Below, one piece after another: positions 26,501-37,200 of a stretch of DNA of 64,000 nt. The first letter of the stretch is position 1, and every line of letters begins with the position of its first letter. This DNA is from Tubulanus polymorphus (taxonomy: Eukaryota > Animalia > Nemertea): the NCBI RefSeq assembly GCF_964204645.1, contig NC_134033.1, forward strand, positions 764,131 to 828,130, written 5' to 3'. The notes beneath the pieces are model-generated. The model did no database searches and was not told the origin of the DNA. It saw only the letters and a list, made by a program, of their open reading frames with translations. Both the position numbers and the translations under genes were made by a program.

Positions 26501-26678
26501 GACGCCGTCTGGTGTTACGACGACGACCTTGACCGGAGTCGGAGCAGACGGCGGCGAGAACGTCAGCGCTGAACGTCGTCGAACTCTCGACCATCTCGGA
26601 GAGGTTCTAGTCACCGCTGACTTCAACGGAACGATTAAAATATTCAAAAATCGATTTCGCCAAATTCCGGCGCGTTGA
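17528..26678 (+). CDS. WDR44: WD repeat-containing protein 44 (Rab11-binding), multi-exon
   Basis: The N-terminus MWSDSDTEEFYDAED carries the FFAT motif. Also seen: Pro-rich PPRPPPP/APPRRKR, QEILDMVSVTNLDTGE, WVMKFSPCG, YRGHTADLLDVSWSK, SSMDKTVRLWH, FQHIDFVTAIAFHPR, YFLSGSLDGKLRLWNIP, SAHSVVVTSAVFAP; stop at 26676-26678. Not every exon boundary was traced. Confidence 0.93.
19608..19858. mobile_element. hAT-like MITE with exact 5-bp TSD (AAAAT)
   Basis: AAAAT|CAGGGTCTGATCTAAG...CTTAGATCAGACCCTG|AAAAT. Confidence 0.85.
20560..20895. repeat. ~115-bp unit x ~3 in a WDR44 intron
   Basis: Repeated CCAAAAGCTTTCGAATGAT...GGTCGACTTTGGGGGGGACACCTTCAG blocks. Confidence 0.85.
21447..21803. repeat. 36-bp minisatellite, ~10 copies
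   Basis: ATTCACCTGCAGCAGATTCACTCGAGGAATCTCTCC units. Confidence 0.9.
22255..23478. repeat. Two long CT-rich tracts in WDR44 introns (22255-22635, 23115-23478; another at 18550-18780)
   Basis: Low-complexity C/T sequence. Confidence 0.9.
26189..26399. repeat. 16-bp minisatellite (GCCATGTTTCTGTGMA)
   Basis: About 13 tandem copies. Confidence 0.9.
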
Positions 26679-26931
26679 GAGAGAGAGCGAGCGGAAATCA
26701 CGACCTCGGCCTTTACACTTATATTCGGTGCTCAAAATCTTACCTGCGAAATAAGGTTCCACGGGTTGGACCTCTTGGCTGGGTCGGTCTGCGGATTGGC
26801 CCTTGGGTCGGTCCACGGTTTATAGCCCTTGGGTCGGTCCACGGGCTTTAAGAATGAAAATGGAGGTTATAGGGCTCGGCTACTGTTCATCACTAGTCAT
26901 TGAAGCATAAATAATATATAATTATGATTTC

Positions 26932-26989
<58 letters not shown>

Positions 26990-27399
26990 ATTAATATATA
27001 ATGAGTATTAATTTATAATGTATTGATAATAATAAACCACTAAAACTCGTGTGCAATGATGTAAAATCTGTTATTACCTGTTTCTAAAACCATGTATTTG
27101 TAAATACACAAATTGTACAGAAAATCATTATGTAATTAAAAGATCAGTCTGAGAGACGCATGTTTATTTATACTCGCGGAGTACAAGGGGAAAACTTTCG
27201 GGGGCCTTACTAGATTCGTGCAGGTTTCCGGAATTACCCTCTTTTGGCTCGTTCTTTTCGACTAGAATTCACTCATAATTTGTAACCCTGATAGAAGCGG
27301 CCGGTAGAGAGTTTGGCAGGTTTTGATTGGTCTCTACCGATTCCCGAATTCTCTTCTGACGCGTTCGTTTTGACCAGAATACGATCTACCAATTCCGGA

Positions 27400-27690
27400 A
27401 TTGTATAATTTGTAAACCTGATAGAAGCGGCCGGTAGAGAGTTTGTAATCTGTAAACCTGATAGAAGCGGTCGGTAGAGAGTTTGTAATCTGTAAACCCG
27501 ATAGAAGCGGCCGGTAGACAGTTTGTAATCTGTAAACCCGATAGAAGCGGCCGGTAGAGAGTTTGTAATCTGTAAACCTGATAGAAGCGCCCAGTAGAGA
27601 GTTTGTAATCTGTAAACCTGATAGAAGCGGCCCCGGTAGAGAGTTTGTAATCTGTAAACCTGATAGAAGCGGCCCCGGTAAAGAGTCTGT
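27400..27690. repeat. 40-bp minisatellite, ~7 copies plus one detached copy at ~27275-27313
   Basis: GTTTGTAATCTGTAAACCTGATAGAAGCGGCCGGTAGAGA units. Confidence 0.9.
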
Positions 27691-28270
27691 AGATCCGAAA
27701 TGGTAACATTCAATCAAAACCTGCCTTGAATTTCTTGCTCCACTCCAGATACCAGGTTTTCGAGTATGAAAATGCATATTCATTAGGCAATCTTGTCGGA
27801 ATAACGCTGAATCACATTTGTTTCATACTGATGTGAATTGGTTAGGATTTAATGCATTCGTCATTGAATAGTTCTGCCCCCCTAACAGATGGGGTCGGAT
27901 TTGAAATTAAAACCGAATAATCCCATACCGTGCTGATATTATAAGTTTTCGATGTGATAGCGGCTTAGATCATCCCCCCCCCCCCGGCACTATTCTGTTA
28001 GTACCTGGAATATGAGATGGTCCCTAATTACGACAACCTGATATAAAATGAAACCAATAAATTGCAATCTTTTCAAATTAAACAGAGTTTCTTTCATTGT
28101 TGCTGTAGTTTGTTTTGGTGAAAGAAGAACAATCATTGTTTTATATACCGTTTTGTTTTGGCACCGAAAACAATGTATCGCGCTTTAGTGATATCCGAGT
28201 TCATCCATTTCATAAAAATAGTGTCGCTAGAATATTTCAACAAACATTCGAGGAGCAGATCCGGAATAGA

Positions 28271-28311
28271 TGCCTGAAGAGGGGATAATGTAACTCCCGA
28301 AAACGTTCGCT
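28271..28311 (+). ncRNA. Solitary minimal hammerhead-like motif
   Basis: CTGAAGA-G-GGGA(taatgtaac)TCCC-GAAA-ACGT-TC followed by AATAAA. Stem I is only ~2 bp. Confidence 0.55.
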
Positions 28312-28681
28312 GTAATAAATATATATTCATTCATTAGAAAATGAGATTTGCACTGTTTTTGCTTCTATGGATCTTGAACCGTAGAACTAACTGGTTCCAG
28401 AACCGGTGAGCTGGGTTCTGGTGAACGTAAGCTCCGGGTCGAGGGTCGTGTGTGATCGTGATGCGTGTGAGCAAATATATCGTCTGAGGATCTTATCGCG
28501 ATTATTCGATTCCATATCAATAAAACGCGATGTCCAGTGTGGAATCAGTTCGCGTGGTGTATTTGTTTATCGTGTTTAACGGAATCCAGCGGTCGCGGTA
28601 AAGTGCGCACCTGTTTGCTCACCACTGCTTCTCTCGGTTGGACACTCTACACACACACACGTGTAGAAAGGTCCAGACGAT

Positions 28682-30527
28682 ATGAAACTGATCACGTCTC
28701 AACTCCGGCCGCTGCTGCTGCTGTCTATAATCGGACTGTTACTGACTCCTATTGCGCTAGGTAAGTCCAACATCAGAGATTCGATTAGATAAAAACCATA
28801 AAACCATATCTTAACAAAATGCATTTTCTTGAAATACAATTCTTTTAATTTGTTAAATATCAGAAAGTTCTCGTGTAGGCGTCTCGATTTGGACCCGGTT
28901 CCACTTTAAAGTTAAAATGATACTAATAAGGTTGGAATTGAATCCAATTACTGTAGAACTTGGTTCAGTAACTGTGGAACTGGGTCCAATAACAGTGGAA
29001 CTGGCTCCCGAACTGTGGAATATAAATAAGGTTTTCACGTCGAACCCGAGATGTCAAAACCAATTGACCTAAGGGAACATGAATGAGAATTAACCGATTG
29101 TCCTGGTAGCTCCCAAACGTTTCCAATCATAAAGTATCTGTTTCCCGTCAATTTCAGGTGCAAAGAGAAATTTCCAGGAGCCGCGTCGCGCTAAAGTATT
29201 GATCCTAGGAGCAGGAGCTGCCGGTATTTCAGCCGCTAAATATCTACACGATCACGGAGTCAAAGACTTCATCATCATTGACGCCGAGAACCGAATCGGT
29301 GGCAGAGTGAAAGCTACCGAGTTCGGTGATAAAATAGTCGAACTCGGAGCTAATTGGGTTCACGGTACTGACGGCAACCCGCTGTGGGATCTGGCTAGAA
29401 AATACAAAATGGCCGGCGTCGTTTCGAATTATGACAGTTACGTCACGCGTGACGTCGACGGAAATGACGTCACAACCGCTTCGGACGCGGCGTTCCGGAA
29501 GTACGACCGGGCCGATCGGGTTGTCGACCGGATTCGCGAGTTTCGTCTGAAAAACAAGATGGCCGACGTTCCGTTGAGGGCGGCTTTGCGGTTCGGCGGT
29601 TGGCCGAAACGAAGGACGCCCGTGGAGAATCTAGTCGAGATGTATAACGTGGATTTCGATAATTCTGTCCCGGCTGAAGAAACGACTGTACTTTATCAAC
29701 CGACCTTACAGGAGAATTACAAACACGAAGATTATTTCATCACCGATCAGAGAGGATACAGTTACATACTGGAGCGATTGGCAGATGAATTCCTTACAGG
29801 CGGCGCCACCAGACGACTCTATCTCAACGAAACGGTCACGCGGGTGATTTATAACCAGCGAGGTGTCAAGGTCAAGACGAAGTCTGGGAAACTTTTCAAA
29901 GGTGATTACGCGATCTGTACGTTCAGTATCGGAGTCATGCAAAGCGACGCCGTCAAATTCATACCCAGATTTCCCGAAAAAAAGCAATTGGCTTTAAACA
30001 GTTTCTCGATGGGAACTTACACAAAAATATTCATGAAATTTGACGCGTCCGTTCAACGATTCTGGGACGATGAAGAATATATTCTGTACGCTCATCCGAC
30101 CAGAGGTTACTACCCGATCTGGCAGAATCTGGAAGCTAAAGGTTTCCACCCAGCTGGTACTAACATCCTACTAGTATCGCTGACTGGTGATGAAGCTGAT
30201 CGAGTATCTCGTCTGCCCGTAGCGACTGTTAAAGCTGAATTAACCGCAGTATTGAGAAGCATGTACGGAGAGCAGGTGCCCGAACCCGTTGAGATCCTGG
30301 TACCCGACTGGCATACTAACCCTCTCTATTACGGCTCCTATTCTAACTGGCCTCCGTGGATGTCCGCTGATATGCACGCTCTGATGGGCGCTCCTTTGAA
30401 TGATAAGTTGTATTTCGCTGGTGAAGGTTATTCGGCCGAATTTTATGGTTATCTTCACGGAGCCATGCAATCCGGAAACCAGACGGCCCAACAGATCATC
30501 TCCTCAATGGGACTAGATTATGTGTGA
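28682..30527 (+). CDS. Secreted FAD-dependent polyamine oxidase, paralog 1 (exons 28682-28760, 29158-30527)
   Basis: Signal peptide MKLITSQLRPLLLLSIIGLLLTPIALG, then GAGAAG, RIGGR, VELGANWVHG, DQRGY, MGTYTKIF, GSYSNWP, YFAGE and GYLHGA, as in maize-PAO-like flavin amine oxidases. Confidence 0.92.
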
Positions 30528-31100
30528 GCCTCAAACTCTGACACAACTTCTCAACAGTTCGGTCTCCGACATTCATCTTTATTCAGTAAATTAAAATACA
30601 AATGAAGAGAACAAAAAGTTGTTTCCATTAGTGAATTCTGAATACAACGAGCACGAGTTGAGTAGTTTATAAGTGTGACTAGTTTGTCTGATGCACGAGC
30701 ATCGTGTACAGTAAGCTCGTGCATCGAATAAACTAGTCACATTTATAATGTATCGTGCGCGGTGTATCTTTCCTACACCCCCCGGTTAACGCCAGGCTCC
30801 TCTACGAATTTTCTCGCGTCCTGAATTCCAGCATTTGTCGAGGGAAGTTTTTTGCAAGCAGGGATTCGAACTCGCCAGTTGCGGATGCGAATTCCTTTCG
30901 GTAGAGTATCCGCATCTTGTTTGTAGTGCGCATGCTCAATCTATGCTTCGATTCAACCTAAGGCAGCGTGGTTTAGAAATGATTTACCGACGAAACAAAA
31001 ATTGATAGTCGAAGAATTAATTTTGAAGGCGGCTTTCTTGCGAAAGTCAAGCAAGAGGCAAAAGGCTGAGCTAAAGCAAGCACCCATATTGAGCACACGA

Positions 31101-31464
31101 CGGGTTCTTCTGAGATAACGTCACCGGGTGGGAGGTTGTCCCGGGGAAATCCTCGTCGTGGCTGGGTTCTTCTGAGATAACCTCACCGGATAGGAGGTTG
31201 TCCTGGGGAAATCCTCGTCGTGGCTGGGTTCTTCTGACATTACGTCACCGGATAGGAGGTTGTCCCGGGGAAATCCTCGTTGTGGCGGGGTTCTTCTGAG
31301 ATTACGTCACCGGGTGGGAGGTTGTCCCGGGGAAATCCTCGTCGTGGCTGGGTTCTTCTGAGATAACCTCACCGGATAGGAGGTTGTCCCGGGGAAATCC
31401 TCGTCGTGACGGGTTCTTCTGAGATTACGTCACCGGATAGGAGGTTGTCCCGGGGAAATCCTCG
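31101..31464. repeat. 61-62-bp minisatellite, 6 copies, between the PAO genes
   Basis: GGGTTCTTCTGAGATAACGTCACCGG...GGAGGTTGTCCCGGGGAAATCCTCGT units. Confidence 0.9.
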
Positions 31465-31907
31465 TAATGTCCTCGTTATCACAGTTCTTAGACATCTAGA
31501 ACTAGCCAAAATCATAATGTTGATATCAAATTATTTCTTAAGTTTGTTTGCAAATTTGATATGAGAGATTTATTGACGGTCAATATCGGTGCAAACAAGC
31601 CGGAACAATCTGGTTCGCGCTGGACCGCTGCTCCCAGTTTCGAGTCGTTAAATGATTTTGATATTCATTAATTAAGCTTTCGTGGAACCCTTATTCTCGT
31701 ACCGCCAGCCAGCCTGCTGCAGGCTAGGGTTAACCTGACGTTCCGGAACGTGTAACAGGTGCGCGGCGATTACATAAAATGGCATGATTAATGATGGTGC
31801 GAAATGAATAGGAAGAACTTTCTCAAGTCAAGCTGTACCGCAGTAGCAGGTGTTGAGAACCGCAATGTCTTATTCGGGAACTCTGGACGCAAAAGAGACC
31901 ACGCGAA

Positions 31908-33945
31908 ATGGACCGGAACACGTATCTACCGCTGCCACCGCTGCTGCTGCTGTTGCTGCTGCTGCTAGTCGGGCTGCTATCGACTCCTGTTGCACAAGGT
32001 ACGTCCACCTCCAAACACAAATACGAACAATTTCTTTAGAAAATAATCTATTTTTTCGTTTGGAAAATTAGTTTTTGATTTGTTGTGATAATGATCGCTC
32101 AGGCGTGTTTACAAAAGAACTGGAGCAAACTTTTCAGTTCGCGGTTTAAACTTCACCCTAAAGTTAAAGAATGAACTGATAACAAATTTTATTAGAATCT
32201 AATAGACGGACAGGCTGCTGCGGAGAAATGAGGTATCATTCCTATATAAAGCCTTAACTAATTTCAACACACTTGAAGTGGAATTGTATCTGTAGAATTG
32301 GGTTCAAGTTTTTCACGTCGATGAAAGTTTACTTGGCCTCTGAGGTCTTCATGTTGTGTCCTTGCTTGTCCGCGACATTCGACACATTAAGAACAGACAA
32401 TCTGGGAATTAACAAACTTGCAGGATCTGTCTGTCGGAGAATAAGCTGTCGTAACATGAGAACACATGACGACAATAAGACCTCTGCTGTAGACAACATG
32501 AACTAATACGATAAAAACCCACTTTCTACAGATTAAAATAATTTAAAAAACAAGAATTTATTTATTCGAACAATCTTTTTCCGCTTTTAATTGCAGGTGC
32601 AATCGCACAGCGTCGCGCTAAAGTATTGATCCTAGGAGCAGGAGCAGCCGGTATTTCAGCCGCTAAATATCTACACGATCACGGAGTCAAAGACTTCATC
32701 ATCATTGACGCCGAGAACCGAATCGGCGGCAGAGTGAAAGCTACCGAGTTCGGTGATAAAATAGTCGAACTCGGAGCTAATTGGGTTCACGGCACTGACG
32801 GCAACCCGCTGTGGGATCTGGCTAAAAAATACAAAATGGCCGGCGTCATTGCGAATTATGACGCTTACGTCACGCGTGACGTCAACGGAAATGACGTCAC
32901 AAGTGCTTTGGACGCGGCGTACCGGAAGTACGATCGGGCCGATCGAGTTGTCGACCGGATTCGCGAGTTTCGTCTGAAAAACAAGATGGCCGACGTTCCG
33001 TTGAGGGCGGCTTTGCGGTTCGGCGGTTGGCCGAAGCGAAGGTCACCCGTGGAGAATCTAGCCGAAATTTTTGATGTTGATTTCGATACCGCTGTCCCGG
33101 CTGAAGAAACGAGTGTTCTGTATCAAGAGACTTTACAAGAGAATTACAAACACGAAGATTTCTTCATCACCGATCAGAGAGGATACAGTTATATACTGGA
33201 GAGACTAGCTGACGAATTCCTTACAGGCGGCGCCTCCAGACGGCTCTATCTCAACGAAATAGTCACACGGGTTAAATATAATGGCCGAGGTGTCAAGGTC
33301 AAGACGAAGTCTGGGAAACTTTTTAGAGGTGATTACGCGATCTGTACGTTCAGTATCGGAGTCATGCAAAGCGACGCCGTCAAATTCATACCCAGATTTC
33401 CAGAAAATAAGCAATTGGCTTTAAACAGTTTCTCGATGGGAACTTACACAAAAATATTCATGAAATTTGATGCGTCCGTGCAACGATTCTGGGACGATGA
33501 AGAATATATTCTGTACGCTCATCCGAACAGAGGTTACTACCCGATCTGGCAGAATCTGGAAGCTAAAGGTCTCCATTCAGCTGGTACTAACATCCTGCTA
33601 GTTACTGTAATCGGTGATGAAGCTGATCGAGTATCTCGTCTGCCCGTAGCGACTGTTAAAGCTGAATTAACCGCAGTATTAAGAAGCATGTACGGAGAAC
33701 AGGTGCCCGAACCCGTTGAGATCCTGGTACCCGACTGGCATAGTAACCCTTTCTATTACGGCTCCTATTCTAACTGGCCCCCGTGGATGTCCGCTGATAT
33801 GCACGCTCTGATGGGCGCTCCTTTGAATGATAAGTTGTATTTCGCGGGTGAAGGTTATTCGGCCGAGTTTTATGGTTATCTTCACGGAGCCATGCAATCC
33901 GGAAACCAGACGGCCCAACAGATCATCTCCGCAATGGGAGACTAG
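31908..33945 (+). CDS. Secreted polyamine oxidase, paralog 2 (exons 31908-31998, 32597-33945)
   Basis: Signal peptide MDRNTYLPLPPLLLLLLLLLVGLLSTPVAQG; the catalytic exon is highly similar to paralog 1. A 2-bp indel changes the C-terminus (MGD* vs MGLDYV*). Confidence 0.92.
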
Positions 33946-34265
33946 ATTATGTGTGAGCCTCAAACTTTGACACAACTTCTCAACAGTTCGGTCTCCATTC
34001 ATCTTAATTCAGTAAATTAAAAGACAAATGAAAAAAAAAGTTATTCGTTATTCACTCGTGAATTCAGTCGTCCAGTCAGCTTGTAATCCATGAAGCCAGT
34101 CAGCTGGTAATCCAGTAAGCCAGTCACCTAGTCGTCCAGTCAGCTGGTAATCCAGTCAGCCAGTCAGTCACACAGTCGGCCAGTCTCTAACCGTAGTTGC
34201 TCATGCTATCACCGCGTTCAAGCATCACCCACCATCATCTCCAGCATGACCACCATCATTTTTGA

Positions 34266-37200
34266 ACTATTTTAGAGAATAAAATGATATTTGCTTGAAA
34301 TTCTTCCTTTGGCATGTGAGCCTATCGCTTTACCGGATGCTAATACATTCCGCAGACAAAAGAGTTCTATCAAAAATGGTTTAAAATTCGTTTTAAAAAG
34401 ATGATCCCCTTCGAAAAACCTTAAACGATAGTAGAATTATTCATATACAATGGAATCGTATTAGATAATCAACGAAATTCGGCTAAGAAAAATATCTGTA
34501 TTGCTCGCATGCCACAGTAAGATCGCGAGGCTGAGTTAAATATTTACCGTACAGTGCTGCCCCTATGAATAACGATTGCGGAATTTCTGCGAACTAAAAT
34601 AGCGCATATTTACCGCCGGAATTTAAATGTCCTTATTACGTACAATACGGACCAGTGTGTCGTCTAATTCTGATTAAATATGATACTATGAATACGTTCT
34701 GAATTTTGTATGATATTTCCTTATTTTTTAGGTAACATATTTAATTGTTTTTAGCTAAAATTCACTTACTTATCAATTAATATAGTATTTGTATACTGAA
34801 TAAATTATTCATTTTCATTTTTTAATGATAATTTATAATCAGAATTGACAAAATGTCCATATTTTTTCTTCGATAAAGTCTATTTGCGCGCAAATAAACA
34901 GGGAACATACAAACACCTGTCGCTCTCTCCCAGACCATACTAGAAATACCTCGATTCAAATTAACTCTTTTAAGGCTCATTCTTTTATAGAAAAATTGTT
35001 TGGTTCGAACGTTTCAGAGCAGTTTTCAGAGTTTGAGAATTTTCCTCGGAATCCGGCCCGCAAGTCGGTAATTAGTTCGTCCACTACTGCCGTTCGAAGA
35101 CTCTGGCAAGCGAGTATTATGTTAGTTCACGTTTTCCACGCTATCGTTATACATAGCGGCAGCACTGGACGGTCGAGATTGGGTTGATCGCGCAAATTTT
35201 ACTGTGGAGCGGGCTCAATTCAATCGCTAAATCTTTATTTACAGTTCGAACTCAATTGATAAAGACGTTAAAGCCACGATGATTTTAAATGTACGAATTT
35301 TGATATTGGGTCAAAAGACAAGAATTCATGATATTTCATATCCTCACTCAGGGACGCACAGGGGGACCTCACCCCAGTTGACTTCGGCGCAAGACACGTC
35401 GTCACGACACTGAGCAGGTGAGTGAGGGACCTACTACATTTATTCTGAATCAGTCAGTCTTTGTTACATTACGGGTTCCGGGTTGTTCGGGTAACGACGG
35501 CTAGGTGCTAGGCTAACAGGGACCTCACTCGGTGTCAAAAACCACTTTCTAGCCTACACGGGCCGCACTACCCTAGCCGCTTGCATTCACATGGTGCAGG
35601 TGATAGTTTCACAAATGTTGTTGATGAACTGTTCGTACAATTCCTGTTACTCCCTCGTCCCTCTTTTCCAACACATCTTGTTCAGCAGGTTAAGACCAAC
35701 TGACTCAGTTAGTTACACCAGCTTTCTCCCACGCCACAGGCTGGGCTCTTGTGTAAAACGAGAATCTGTTAATCCAGTGCCGTGCTGAAAACTGCTGAAA
35801 ACTTTGCCTCAGCCTTTACTTTGTCAGAGTAATTGTACTGTTTTGCTTCGCTTTTCACCCATCCTCCCCCAACCTCATCACCCCATCCTCCCTCAACCTC
35901 TCACCCCATCCTCCCTCAACCTCTCACATCATCCTCCCTCAACCTCTCACCCCATCCTCCCCCAACCTCTCACCCCATCCTCCCTCAACCTCACCCCCAA
36001 CCTCCCCAACCTCTCATCCCATCCTCCCCCAACCTCTCACATCATCCTCCCTCAACCTCTCACCCCATCCTCCCTCAACCGCACCCCAACCTCTCATCCC
36101 ATCCTCCCCCAACCTCTCACATCATCCTCCCTCAACCTCTCACCCCATCCTCCCTCAACCTCTCACCCCATCCTCCCGCAACCTCTCATCCCATCCTCCC
36201 TCAACCGGACCCCAACCTCTGACCTCAACCTCCCCCAACCTCTCAACCCAATGTCCCCAACCTCATCACCCCCTCCTCCCCCAACCTCATCACCCCATTG
36301 TCCCCAACCTCATCACCCCCTCCTCCCCAACCTCTCACCCCATTGTCCCCAACCTCATCACCCCCTCCTCCCTCAACCTCTCACCCCATCCTCCCTCAAC
36401 CTCTCACCCCATCCTCCCTCAACCTCTCACCCAATCCTCCCTCAACCTCTCACCACATCCTCCCACAACCTCATCACCCCATCCTCCCCCAACCTCTCAG
36501 TCAGTCTTCCTGTTAATGTGATTTCAATTTTATATTTCAGGGTTTCCTCTGTCGGGCTGTGGCGTAAACTTCATCACAAATACTGGACGTGGTGGACTTC
36601 AACTGAAATTTATCACAGTTTTACTTCTTCAGTCAACTTCTTCCGGACTACTAATGAACTAACTGGACTACTAGTCAACTAAGCGGACTATTAGTGAACT
36701 AACTGGACTATTTGTGAACTTACCAGACTATATGTGAACTAACTGGACTATTTAGTCAACTAACAGGACTATAAGTGGATTGATACTCATAAAAAAACAG
36801 GCAGTGGTGGACTCCAGGAGGTGTGGAACTCTGTATGTGGATTTGTGGAACTCGGTGGACTACCATTACTGCTAGACAAGGGCTAGTGAGTGTGTGAGTA
36901 GAATTTCTTATAAGTTTCCAAAACAATTATGAGAAAGCAGTTTATCTGTAAACACTGTTTACTGCATTTCATAAGAATTGTCAATGTGGTTATTTGAAGC
37001 AGCCTGTAATTGTGTTGCAGGAATTATAATTCAGGGTTTTAGTAAGAGCATCAATTTCTACCTTAAAAATTAATTGAATATTTGACATCATTGAATAAAA
37101 TTCTTTTTTGGACCGAATTTCCCAGGCAAATTTCATCAAAATTTGTGACGAAATTAAGGGGGTCAAAACACGAAATCCTGAATATCTCATTTTAGTTGCC

